Source: Anaeramoeba ignava BMAN | Lineage: Eukaryota; Protista; Anaeramoebae | Direction of reading: 5' to 3' | Length of the DNA: 64,000 nucleotides | Assembly: GCA_028826165.1 (NCBI GenBank) | Contig: JAPDFW010000108.1 | Location: 139,777 to 203,776, forward strand | In this document: positions 39,423 through 52,065 of the stretch, in pieces | Numbering within the stretch: position 1 is the stretch's first letter | How the letters are laid out: every line of letters starts with the position of its first letter | Program-made: the position numbers and the translations under genes | The notes under the pieces: generated by a model | Databases searched by the model: none | What the model was told of the DNA's origin: nothing | The model's input: the letters and a program-made list of their open reading frames with translations, nothing else

Positions 39423-41594
39423 ATGTCTTTTTTTGAAGGATTTCAATTTGAAAATGAAAATGAAAATGAAAATGAAAATGAAAATGAAAATGAAAATGAA
39501 TTTTCTTTATTTAGAGATTGTATTCTATTTTTAATTGATGGAAGTTTTCAAATGTTAAATTCTTCAACTTCAAATATTGAAATTGCATTGAAATGTTTTC
39601 TTTTTACTTTAACAGATAAAATTGCAACAAATCCATCTGATATGACTGCTTTATGTTTTTTTAATTCTAAAAATGAAAAAAATTTAAATGGTTTTTCTAA
39701 TATTTATGTTCTTTATGATTTTCAAAAACCTTCAATTAAACGAATAAAAGTAAAAATTATTATTAAAATTAAAATTAAAATTAAATTTGAAATTATTATT
39801 AAAATTCATTTAAAATTAAAATTAAAATTTAAAATTAAAATTAAAATTAAAATTAAAATTAAAATTAAAATTAAAATTAAAATTAAAATTAAAATTAAAA
39901 TTAAAATTAAAATTAAAATTAAATTAAAATTGAAATTAAAATTAAAATTAAAATTAAAATTAAAATTAAAATTAAAATTAAAATTAAAATTAAAATTAAA
40001 ATTAAATTAAAATTAAAATTAAATTTGAAATTCATTTTGAAATTAAAATTAAAATTCATTTATAAAATTTAAATCAAAAATTTAGGAAGTAATCAATTTT
40101 ACATCAAAAAATACAAATGAACAATACTCTCTTCAAATTGGTTCATCAGATGATAATTCTAAAACAACATTTGAACAAGTTCTTATTGCTTGTTCAACTT
40201 TATTTTCAAGTAATCAAGATGCAAACAAAGCAGATTATAAAAGAATATTTATTTTTACAAACAATGATTCTCCAAATAATTTTGATAATCAACTTAATGA
40301 GAAAAGTTATGAAATTGGAACAAAATTAATGAATTCAGGAATTGTTTTTGAATTATTTGCTTTGGATCAAAATTTCCAACTTGAAAATTTTTATGAAAAC
40401 TTTTTGTTTCCAAAAAATGATTTAAATTTACAAACAAGAAATGCATTTGTAAAATTAAATGAAAATTATGTTGAGGATTTATATGCACAAGTTAGAAGAA
40501 AAGAACATCAAATTAAATCAATTGCAAATATCCCAATGAAACTTCCTGGAAATCTTGAAATTAGTATTAAAGTTTATCCAGTTATCAAAAAGAATCCAAA
40601 AAAAAACCTTGTTTGGTTAAATCCAAATAATTTAAATCAACAACTTGAAAAAAGAACAGTTTGGGTTTCTAAAACAACAGACCAAATCCATCGTCAATCC
40701 CAAATTGGCCAATATTGTGAATATGATGGAACACAAATACCACTTACTAATGATGAATTATCTCTATTGAAATATTATTCACAACCTTGTCTTGATATTT
40801 TTGGATTCAAATCAAAAAATTACTTGAAATTTCTTTATAACATTTCAACCTCCTTCTTGGTTTATCCAAATGAATACCTTCAAGAAGGAAGCTCTACTTT
40901 GTTATCAACTTTATATCAAAAAATGATTGAGAAAAATGTTATTGCAATTGGTTTTTATCTTCCAAAAGAAGGATTTGAAAAAATTTTAATTGCTTTGGTT
41001 CCTTTACAAGAAAAAAAAGATCAAAATGATGATCTAATTTTACAAAAAGGTTTCGGATTAATTCCTTTACCTTATTCTGATGATATTAGAAAAATACCTT
41101 TAAAACCTCTTAATTATCCAAATCAAATCCAAAATTCTATTCAAAATTCAATTGATTTTATTCAAAAATTTCAAATTAATTTTGATTCTTGGGATTTTGA
41201 AGATCCTGCTTTGCAACAATTTTATTTAAAACTTCATCAATTAGCTCTTTCTAATCATTTCTCAATTTTAAATTCAAATTCAAATTCAAATTCAAATTCA
41301 AATTCAAATGAAATTATTGATAGAATTAAACCTGATTCAGAAAGAATTGGAAAATATTCAAAATTATTTTCTAATTTTGATCAATCAATAAATGAATGTG
41401 TTAATAAAGATAATAAAGAAGAAAAAGAAAAGAAAAAGAAAAAAAAGAAAAAGAAAAAGAAAAAGACAAAAAGAAAGGAAAAGAAAAGAAAAAGAAATCA
41501 AAAAAAAATAAAAGAAAAGAAGATTAAAAAAGAAAGAAAAAGAATTTATTATTTAAAAGACATTTTACCCATTTTTTTTATTTTGCTATATTAA
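39423..41594 (+). CDS. XRCC6: Ku70 DNA end-binding protein, 2 exons (intron 39750-40085)
   Basis: vWA RDCILFLIDGS, FSNIYVL, KRIFIFTNNDSP; core GSSTLLSTLYQKM, GFGLIPLPYSDDIR, FEDPALQQFY. Confidence 0.9.
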
Positions 41595-41927
41595 AAAAAT
41601 TAAAAAATAATTTAATAAAAAAATAATATAGCAAAATAATTGAGATCAAGAAAAATAAAAAGAAAAAAAAAATTTATTTTTTATTATTTGCTATTTTTTT
41701 AATAATAATAAAAATTAATTAAATTTATTTGCCATTTTGGTTTTTTTTAAGTTTTTAAAAGAAATTTTTTTTATTTAATTAAAATTCACTTTTTATTTTT
41801 ACTTTTTTATAATTTTTTTTTATAATTCCACAAAAAAAAAAAAAAGTAATCAAAAAAAAATTAAATTAAATTAAATTCTTAAATTAAATTAAAATTAAAT
41901 TTTTGTTTTTAAATTTTTAAATAGAAA

Positions 41928-44006
41928 ATGAAAATTACCTTAATAATTCTTCTTGTTTTCTGCTTTGTTCTTGTTCAAAATGAAATTACTGAACTTGGTA
42001 CTTATGAATTCCCTCCAACATTAATGGATCCAAGTTGTTCTTTCATTGATGAAAATGAATTTCTTTATTTCGCAACTTACTCAGAACCATCAATTCTTTT
42101 CAAATATCAAATTGATCCATTTGAAATAGAAGATTATGTTGAATTAGAAATTAACAATATTTCAAGTTATGTTGTTGATCCAATAAGAAAAGTTGCTTAT
42201 TTTGGATCTGATACTGAAATTGGAGAGATTTTACAATTCAATTTGACAAATTTTACTACAATTAGTAAAATCAACACTTCTTCAAATGGACATTTACTTG
42301 CAGCTACTGTTGATTCTTTATATGAATATGCTTATTTCATTTCTAGTAATTCATCTTCACTCATTGTTCTCAAACTCAATCTTTCCACTTTCGAAATTGA
42401 TGATTCTTTGGAACTTCCAAGTTATACAGATGATTGCTATTTTGCTATTGCTGATAATGTTACTGAATCACTTTATTTGGGTTTGTATTCATCACCTGGA
42501 AAAATAATCAAGATTTCTTTGCAAGATTTCACCTTTACTGATGATTTGGAATTGAATACTGATGAGGATTACATAAATGTTGGCATTCTTGAACCTTCAT
42601 ATAAAATTCTTTATGTGGCAACTTATACTTCACCTTCTTTAGTTGTTAAAATCAATTTAACAAATTTCCAAGAAGTTGATTTCTTATCTTTAGCTTCAGT
42701 AAATCTTGGTAAAACTGCTTCTATTGATCCTGTTAATAGAATTGGGTATTTCACTGGAGATGTTAATTCAGGTCCTCTTGCAAAAGTTAATTTAACAAGT
42801 TTTTCAATATCTAAAACAACATCAATTTCAGGATATCCAAAAACTGCAGCTGTTGATCTTTCTAATAATTCAGGATATTTTGGTTTTGATGCAAAAATCG
42901 TTAAAATCGGATTAGCAAACTTAACAAAAGATGCAACTTATCTCACTCCACAATTCAAGAAACCATCAGTTATTCTAATTGATGAACAAGATGATATTGC
43001 TTATATTGGATTCTCCACTGAAGGAAACATTGTGATTTCAAGGTTTGATCTTCTCGAATTCAAAGTGAGCGATTCAATCTATGCATCAACAATCAATGCT
43101 GCTATTGTTTCAGGCCATTTGGATAAGGAAAATGGATTTCTTTATTTTGGAACAGATTCAGAAACTCTTACAGTGATTAAAGTTGATTTTGTTAATTTTG
43201 AAATTGTGGAAGAAAAATCCTTGATCACTCTTCCAAACAGCCATCTAGCAACATCTGTATTCGATGTGGCTAACGACATGATCTATTTTGGAGTAAATGA
43301 TGATAATGATACTTATGTGATTAAAGTGAGTTCTCCAGATTTAAGTGTTCAATCAAACATTTCTTACAATGATTCCCAGATTTCACAAGGAGCTATTGAT
43401 GTTTCACATGGATTCATGTATTTCCTTCTTAGTGATTCTGTTGGAGGTTCTTCATTTGCCAAAATCCAAATTTCCAATTTTGCACCAATTTCAAATGTCT
43501 CCATTACCCAAACTTCAATTAAATCACTTGTTCTCGATTCTCAACATGAAGTTCTTTTTTGTGGGACTTATTCTATTGTTGAAGGTTATGGTGTTTCTGA
43601 TTCAGCAGTTTGTCAAGTTGATTTGTCTGATTTCTCCTTTAGAACTTGTATTGGAATCAACGATACTAATGGATTTCCAACAGGATTTCTTGAACCTTCA
43701 GGAAGTTTTGTTTATTTTGCATCTGATGATTCTCCAATTCAAATTTTCAAGTTTTCTTCTAGTTCTTTAGAAGTAATTGAAAACATAACACTTACTTCAG
43801 GAAATGATTTTGCTTGGTCTTCTGCTGCTGATACTTCAACTGGATTTGTTTATATTGGAACTGATCAAGAACCAACTCGTCTTGTTAAAATTCAAGCTTT
43901 TACTCCTCCTGATCCAACTCCTTCTCCTCCTCCAAGTTCAAGTAATCAAATCGTTTTTTCAATTTTGTTTTTTGGATTTTTGGTTCTTTTGAATTTCTAT
44001 GATTAA
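41928..44006 (+). CDS. Secreted/surface beta-propeller repeat protein with GPI-signal-like tail
   Basis: Signal peptide; ~14 repeats such as SLYLGLYSSPGKIIKISLQDF; PPDPTPSPPPSSS linker; IVFSILFFGFLVLL tail. Confidence 0.82.
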   Translation: MKITLIILLVFCFVLVQNEITELGTYEFPPTLMDPSCSFIDENEFLYFATYSEPSILFKYQIDPFEIEDYVELEINNISSYVVDPIRKVAYFGSDTEIGEILQFNLTNFTTISKINTSSNGHLLAATVDSLYEYAYFISSNSSSLIVLKLNLSTFEIDDSLELPSYTDDCYFAIADNVTESLYLGLYSSPGKIIKISLQDFTFTDDLELNTDEDYINVGILEPSYKILYVATYTSPSLVVKINLTNFQEVDFLSLASVNLGKTASIDPVNRIGYFTGDVNSGPLAKVNLTSFSISKTTSISGYPKTAAVDLSNNSGYFGFDAKIVKIGLANLTKDATYLTPQFKKPSVILIDEQDDIAYIGFSTEGNIVISRFDLLEFKVSDSIYASTINAAIVSGHLDKENGFLYFGTDSETLTVIKVDFVNFEIVEEKSLITLPNSHLATSVFDVANDMIYFGVNDDNDTYVIKVSSPDLSVQSNISYNDSQISQGAIDVSHGFMYFLLSDSVGGSSFAKIQISNFAPISNVSITQTSIKSLVLDSQHEVLFCGTYSIVEGYGVSDSAVCQVDLSDFSFRTCIGINDTNGFPTGFLEPSGSFVYFASDDSPIQIFKFSSSSLEVIENITLTSGNDFAWSSAADTSTGFVYIGTDQEPTRLVKIQAFTPPDPTPSPPPSSSNQIVFSILFFGFLVLLNFYD

Positions 44007-44221
44007 TTTTCCTTTTTTTTTTTTGAATTTTTTTCCCAAATTTAATAAAAACAAATTCCACAAAAGAATTAATTTTTCTTTTTATTCAATTTTTTTCCTT
44101 TTCTTTTGATCTTATTTTTCAATTTTTTTTCCTAAATTAAATAAAAGAAAATTCCACAAAACAATTTTTTTCATTTTTTTTCTTTCAAACAAAAACAAAA
44201 AACTTTAATCCAATTTTTAAA

Positions 44222-45100
44222 ATGCAGAATTTGGAAAAATTTATTTTCAGAAAAGAGACTTTATTCATTCTTTTTCTTATTACTTCACTTTTGATTCAGT
44301 TAAATGAAAAAAAATTCAATAGATTGGAAAAAGAGTTGAATGATTTAAAAAAAGAAAAAGAAGATGAAAACCTTTCAAATTTATTGTTAAAAGAAGATAA
44401 AGATATTAAAAGTATTTTTATATTTATTTAATTTAATTTAAAATTATTTATCCTTTTTAAAATTTGTTAAGAAAATCAAAATAAAATTACAGAATTGAAA
44501 GGAATTGAAGCAATTATTAATCCAATGAATAAATTTGTGGATAATGAAAAAATTCAAGAAAATGGATTAGGAGCTTTAATTAATATTGTTTTGAATGAAG
44601 GTAAAATCAAAATCAAATAAATAAAATATTATTTTTTGAAATTCTTATTTTGAATAAAATCAATCAAAAAAAAACATTCTTCAGAAAATCAAAATAAAAT
44701 TACAGAATTGAAAGGAATTGAAACAATTATTAATGCGATAAATAAATTTCCAAATAATAAAGAGATTCAAAAAAAAGGAATTGGAACTTTAAGGAATATT
44801 GCTTTGAATGAAGGTAAAATCAAAATCAAAATCAAAATCAAAATCAAAATCAAAATCAAAATCAAAATTAAAATCAAAATTAAAATCAAAATCAAAATCA
44901 AAATTAAAATTAAAATTAAAATCAAAATCAAAATCAAAATCAAAATCAAAATCAAAATCAAAATTAAAATCTAAATTAAAAATTAAATAATTTATTTTTG
45001 AAAAAAAAATTTAAACAAAATTAAAAGAATGATTTTTCATTTTAAATTAATTCAAAAAAGGAATGAAATAAATTTCAAATTGGATCAGAACTTTTAAAAA
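44222..45100 (+). CDS. Armadillo-repeat protein with N-terminal hydrophobic anchor, copy 1 (2 ARM exons + degraded terminal exon)
   Basis: Exons 44222-44411, 44472-44600, 44685-44813; repeats ENQNKITELKGIEAIINPMNKF..NEKIQENGLGALINI. Confidence 0.7.
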
Positions 45101-45433
45101 ATTTCAATAATTTCAATTTTCAAAAATCATTTTTATTTTTTTTTTTGTTTTTAAATAAAAGAAAATTCTAAACAATTTAATTTTTGGTAAAGAAAATTAA
45201 AAACAATTTAATTTTTCCTTTTCTTCAATTTTTCCTTTTATTCATTTTTGAATTTTTCCAAATTTAAAAAAAGATAAAAATATTAAAATTTTTATTTATT
45301 CTTTTTAAGGAAAAAAAAACAAATTAATTTTGAATAAAAATTTTAATTTATTTTTTTCATTTTTCTATTTTTTTTTGAAGAAATTTTTCATTTTTCTTAA
45401 AAACAAAAACAAAAAACTTTATCAAATTTTAAA

Positions 45434-46760
45434 ATGCAAATTTGGAAAAATTTATTTTCAAAAAAAAACTTTATTCATTTTTAAAATTCTTTCACTTTTA
45501 AATTCAGTATTAAATGAAAAATTTAATAGATTGGAAAAAGAGTTGAATGATTTAAAAAAAGAAAAAGAAGATGAAAACCTTTCAAATTTATTGTTAAAAG
45601 AAGATAAAAATATTAAAAGTATTTTTATTTTATTTAATTTAATTTAAAATTATTTATCCTTTTTAAAATTTATTAAGAAAATCAAAATAAAATTACAGAA
45701 TTGAAAGGAATTGAAGCAATTATTAATCCAATGAATAAATTTGTGGATAATGAAAAAATTCAAGAAAATGGATTAGAAAATTAGGAAATATTGTTTTGAA
45801 TGAAGGTAAAATAAATCAAATAAATAAAATAATTTGTTTTTTTGAAATTTTTATTTTGATTAAAATTAATCAATCAAAAAAAAATATTCTTCAGACAATC
45901 AAAATAAAATTACAGAATTGAAAGGAATTGAAACAATTATTAATCCAATGAATAATTTTCCAAATCATAAAGAAATTCAAGCAAATGGATTAAGAGCTTT
46001 AGCAAATATTGCTTCTAGTAATAATGAAGGTAAAATAAAAAATAAATAAAATAATTTGGTTTTTTGAAATTTTTATTTTGATTAAAATTAATCAATCAAA
46101 AAAAAATATTATTCAGAAAATCAAAACAAAATTACAGAATTGAAAGGAATTGAAACAATTATTAATGCAATGAATAATTTTCCAAATCATAAAGAAATTC
46201 AAGCAAATGGATTAAGAGCTTTATGGAATATTGCTTCGAATGAGGTAAAATCAAAATCAAAATCAAAATTCAAAATCAAAATCAAAATAAAATTAAAATT
46301 AAAATTAAAATTAAAATCAAAATCAAAATCAAAATCAAAATCAAAATTAAAATCAAAATTAAAATTAAAATTAAAATCAAAATTAAAAACAAAATTATTA
46401 ATCAAAATGAATAAATTTAAAAATAAAAAAAAAAATCAAAAAAAAAAAAATTAAAAGCAAAATGGAAAATTATAAAAATGAAGGTAAAAAAAATAAAAAA
46501 ATAAAATAAAAAAAATAATTAAAATCACCTTTTAAAATTAAAATAAAAATGAAAATTAAAATTAAAATCAAAAAATTAAAATTAAAAATTAAAATCAAAA
46601 TCAAAATTAAAAATTAATTAAAAATTTTTAAATTTGAAAAATTTTTAAACAAAATGAAAATTTGCAAAATTAAATTTAAATTAATTCAAAAGAATGGATA
46701 AATTTCCAAATAATCTAAAAATATTAAAAATTGGGGATTAGAACTTTTTAACAAAAATTT
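45434..46760 (+). CDS. Armadillo-repeat protein with N-terminal hydrophobic anchor, copy 2 (3 ARM exons; frameshifts)
   Basis: Exons ~45434-45618, 45678-45805, 45895-46029, 46116-46243; paralogous to copies 1, 3 and 4. Confidence 0.65.
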
Positions 46761-46863
46761 TAAATTTTTCAATTTTTAAAAAAATTTTTCATTTTTCATT
46801 TTTCATTTTTTTTCTTTTGAAATAAAAAATAAAAACAAAAACAAAATTGAATCAATTTTTAAA

Positions 46864-49470
46864 ATGCGGAATTTGAAAAAATTTATTTTCAAAAAACAAA
46901 CTTTATTTATTCTTTTTCTTGTTCTTTCACTTTTGATTCATTTAAATGAAAAAAAATTTAATAGATTGGAAAAAGAGTTGAATGATTTAAAAAAAGAAAA
47001 AGAAGATGAAAATCTTTCAAATTTATTGTTAAAAGAAGATAAAGATATTAAAAGTATATTTATTTATATTTATTGAAAGAAAAAAAAAAGGAAAATTAAT
47101 TTTGAATTAAAATTTTAATTTATTTTAATTTAAGAAATTATTGATTTAATGAAGAAATACCCAAAAAATGAAAAAATACAAAAAATGGATGTTTTGGATT
47201 ATTTCAAATTTCAGAAACAAATGAAAGTAATTTTTATTTATTTTCCAAAATAAAAATAAAAAGAATTAATTTTAAAAATCTAAAAAAAGAACTATTAAAT
47301 GAAGTATTAAAAGATGAAGGAATAGAAATATTAAAAATTCAATTTCAATTTCAATTTTAACAAAATTTCAAAAGATTTAAGTAATTATTTTAATTTAATT
47401 TAATTTAAAATTATTTATCCTTTTTAAAATTTATTAAGAAATTCAAAACAAAATTAGAGAATTGAAAGGAATTGAAACAATTATTAATATAATGAATTAT
47501 TTACCTAATTATCAAGAAATTCAAAAAGATGGATTAGAAAATTTAGGAAATATTGCTTATGAAAATGAAGGTATCATCAAAAATAATATTTTTTTTTAAA
47601 AAAATAAATTTTTTAAAATTTTTAAATATTTTTGGTTTGCAAATCTTATTTTGAATAAAATTAATCAAAAAAATATTCTTCAGAAAATCAAAATAAAATT
47701 ACAGAATTGAAAGGAATTGAAACAATTATTAATACAATGAATAAATTTCCAAATCATAAAGAAATTCAAGCAAATGGATTAAGAGCTTTTATGAATATTG
47801 CTTATAAAAATGAAGGTAAAATCAAAAATAAATAAAATAATTTGTTTTTTTGAAATTTTTATTTTGAATAAAATCAATCAAAAAAATATTCTTTAGACAA
47901 TAAAAACAAAATTAGAGAATTACAAGGAATTGAAGCAATTATTAATACAATGAATAAATTTCCAGAAAATGAAGAAATTCAAGCAAATGGATTAAGAGCT
48001 TTATGGAGTATTGCTTTTGAATGAAGGTAAAATAAAAAATTAAATAAAATAAATAAAATAAATAAAATAAATAAAATAAATAAAAAATAAATTTGTTTTT
48101 TTGAAATTCTTATTTTGAATAAAATTAATCAACAAAAAAAAAACATTCTTCAGGCAATAGAAACAAAATTAGAGAATTGGAAGGAATTGAAACAATTATT
48201 AATGCAATGAATAAATTTCAGAAAAATAAAGAAATTCAAAGAGTTGGAATTGGAGCTTTAATGAATATTGCTTATAAAAATGAAGGTAAAATCAAAAATA
48301 AATAAAATAATTTGTTTTTTTGAAATTCTTATTTTGAATAAAATTAATCAAAAAAATATTCTTCAGACAATAGAAACAAAATTAGAGAATTGAAAGGAAT
48401 TGAAACAATTATTAATACAATGAATAAATTTCCAGAAAATGAAGAAATTCAAAGAGTTGGAATTGGAGCTTTAATGAATATTGCTTATTATAATGAAGGT
48501 AAAATAAATAAAAAATAAATTTGTTTTTTTGAAATTTTTATTTTGAATAAAATTAATCAAAATCAAAAAAAACACAAATTATAAAGAAAATCAAAACAAA
48601 ATTAGAGAATTGAAAGGAATTGAAACAATTATTAATGCAATGAATAAATTTCCAGAAAATGAAGAAATTCAAAGAGTTGGAATTGGAGCTTTAATGAATA
48701 TTGCTTATTATAATGAAGGTAAAATAAATAAAAAATAAATTTGTTTTTTTGAAATTTTTATTTTGAATAAAATTAATCAATCAAAAATATTCTTCAGACA
48801 ATAAAAACAAAATTAGAGAATTGAAAGGAATTGAAACAATTATTAATACAATGAATAAATTTCCAGAAAATGAAGAAATTCAAAAAAATGGAATTGGAGC
48901 TTTAATGAATATTGCTTATAAAAATGAAGGTAAAAATAAAAATAAATAAAATAAATTTGTTTTCAAAATCAAAATCAAAATTAATCAAAATCAAAAATTA
49001 AATTCAAAATCAAAAATAAAAATTGAAAATTAAAATTAAATGAATAAAATCAAAAATGAAAAAATCAAAAATAAAATCAAGCTTTAAAATCTTTCTAAAA
49101 TCAAAGGGTAAAATCAAAAATTAAAATCAAAATCAAAATTAAAATATAAATCAAAATCAAAATCAAAATTAAAAATCAAAATCAAAATCAAAATAAAAAT
49201 CAAAATCAAAATCAAAATCAAAATCAAAATCAAAATCAAAATTAAAATCAAAATTAAAAATCAAAATCAAAATCAAAATCAAAATCAAAATCAAAATCAA
49301 AATCAAAATTAAAATTTAAAAAAATTAATCTTTTTATTTTTGAAATTAGAAAATCTAAACAAAATGAAAGAATTGAATAGAATTGAATTAATTCAAAAAG
49401 GAATGAATAAATTTCCAAATAATCGAGATATTCAAAATTGGGGATCAGAACTTTTAACAAAGCTTCAATA
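46864..49470 (+). CDS. Armadillo-repeat protein with N-terminal hydrophobic anchor, copy 3 (at least 7 near-identical tandem ARM exons)
   Basis: ~132-nt phase-1 exons starting near 47439, 47684, 47896, 48154, 48367, 48586, 48797, each with a conserved flanking intron. Confidence 0.75.
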
Positions 49471-49580
49471 ATTTCAATTTTTCAAAAATCATTTTTTTCA
49501 TTTTTTTCATTTTTTCTTTTTCATTTTTTTTCTTTTGAAATAAAAAATAAAAACAAAAACAAAATTGAATCAATTTTTAA

Positions 49581-51739
49581 AATGAAGAATTTAAAAAAAT
49601 TTATTTTCAAAAAACAAACTTTATTTATTCTTTTTCTTTTAATTCCAATTTTAATTCAATTTAATCCAAAAAAATTATTTGAAAAAGTTAATAATAAAAA
49701 AAATGAAAATTTAAAAAAAGAAATTAAAGAAATTGAAAATCAGTTGAATAATTTAAAAGAAGGAAAAAATTTTAAAAAAGAAATGAAACAAATTGAAAAA
49801 AAAATAAATCATTTACAAAAAGAATTTAAAAAATTAAAAGGAAAAGAAATTGAAGAAATTCGAAATGAATTAAATAAATTAAAAGAAATTTATTATGAAA
49901 AAGCAAAAGAAAAATTAAAAAACAAACAGAAAAAAGAAAAAGAAGATGAAAATGTTTCAAATTTATTGTTAAAAGAAGATAAAGATATTAAAAGTATTTA
50001 TATTTATTTATATATATTTATTGAAAGAAAATTAATTTATTTCAATTTAAGAAATTATTGATTTAATGAAGAAATACCCAAAAAATGAAAAAATACAAGA
50101 AAATGGATGTTTTGGATTATTTCAAATTTCAGAAACAAATGAAAGTAATTTTTATTTATTTTCCCAAAATAAAAATAAAAAGAAATGATTAATTTTAAAA
50201 ATCTAAAAAAAGAACTATTAAATGAAGTATTAAAAGATGAAGGAATAATAGAAGTTATTATTAACTCAATGAATAATTTCCCAAATAATCCAAAAATTGA
50301 AGAAAAATCAATTTCAATTTTAACAAAAATTTCAAAAGATTTAAGTATTTATTTTAATTTAATTTAATTTAAAATTATTTATCCTTTTTAAAATTTATTA
50401 AGAAAATCAAAATAAAATTAGAAAATTGAATGGAATTGAAACAATTATTAATATAATGAATAAATTTTGGGATAATGAAGAAATTCAAGAAAAAGGATGT
50501 TGGACTTTATGGAATATTGTGACTTCAAATTTTGGTAAATTGAAACAAAACAAATTTTTTAAATTGATTTTATTCAAAAAATCAAATTTTAAAGAAAATA
50601 AAGTTAAAATTAGAGAATTAAATGGAATTGAATTAATTATCAAAGCAATGAATAAATTCCCAGATAATGAGAAAATTCAACATGGAGCTTGTGGTGCTTT
50701 TAAGACATATTGTTTTTTTCAACAAAGGTTTTTGATTACAAATAAAAATTTGTTTTTTATTCTTGAAATATAAATTGAAATAAATATTAATATAAATTTA
50801 AATAGAGAATAAAATAATAGTTGCAGAATTGAAAGGAATTGAACCAATTATTAAAGCAATGAATAAATTTCCAGATAATTCAGATATTCAACATTATGGA
50901 ATTGGAGCTTTAGCAAATATTGCAAATAATGAAAGTAATTTCAAAAATATCAAAAAAATTCCAAAAAAAATATTTATTTAAAAATTTCATTTCAGAAAAT
51001 CAAATAGAAATTGCAAATTTGAAAGGAATTGAAATCATTATCAATTCAATGAATAGATTCTCAGAAAATGAAGATATCCAATATGTTTCTTGTGGAGCTT
51101 TAATGAATATTGCTTCTAGTAATAAAGGTAAAAAAAATCCAAAAAAATTATTTGATTTTAAAAAATCCTTTTAAAATTTATAAAGAAAATCGAGTTAAAA
51201 TTAGAGAATTAAATGGAATTGAATCAATTATTAAAACAATGAATAAATTTTCAGAAAATCCTGAGATTCAAAATCGAGGAAATGGAGCTTTAAGATATTT
51301 ATCTTTTAATAATGGTAAAATCTTTATAAAATTTAAAATTCAAAATTTAAAAATTAAAACATTTTATTTTAGAAAATAAAGTAGAAATTGGAAAATTAAA
51401 TGGAATTGAAATAATTATTAATTCAATGAAAAATTTTCCAAAAAAACAAAATATTCAAGAAAATGGTATTGGAGCTTTAAAAAACCTTTCTTTAGATGAG
51501 GGTAATAAATAAATTAATAAATAAATAATATTAATAAAAATAATTGAAAAAAAAAAAAAATATTTGATCAAATTGTTTAAATTATGTTTATTTATTTATT
51601 TGGTTTTTTAAAAATAGAAAATAAAATTAAAATTAAAGAATTGAATGGAATTGAATTAATTCAAGAAACAATAAATAATTGGAAAAAGAATAAAGAAATA
51701 CAAAACTGGGGATTAAAGGCTTTACAAATTATTAATTAA
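49581..51739 (+). CDS. Armadillo-repeat protein with N-terminal hydrophobic anchor and coiled coil, copy 4 (10 exons, most complete)
   Basis: MKNLKKFIFKKQTLFILFLLIPILIQF, coiled coil, then ARM exons (GIETIINIMNKFWDNEEIQEKGCWTLWNI etc.); last exon 51618-51739 ends GLKALQIIN*. Confidence 0.8.
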
Positions 51740-52065
51740 ATTTTTTATTTTTTTTCAATTAATAATTAAAAATAAAAGAAAAAGAGGGATAAAAATTAAC
51801 TTTGAATATTTTTTAATTTAAAATGAAGAAAGAAAAGAGATCAAAAAAAAAAGAAAACAGAAAAAAAATTTTTTTTTTCATTTTTTTCTTTACTAAAAAT
51901 AAATAACAGAAAATAAATAATAGAAAATAAAGTTGAATAAGTTTTAATTCTTTTTAAAAAAAGTAATTTAATTATTTTGTTTAATTTATTTTTTGTTTGA
52001 TTATTTTATTTATTTATATTGGTTATTTGAAAAAAAAAAAAGAAAAAGATAAAAAGATAAAAAAG

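Noticed and set aside
16146-41594. FAAP100-like, CUL4 and Ku70 as a DNA-repair gene cluster
   Set aside because: Interspersed with unrelated trafficking and signalling genes; no evidence of co-regulation
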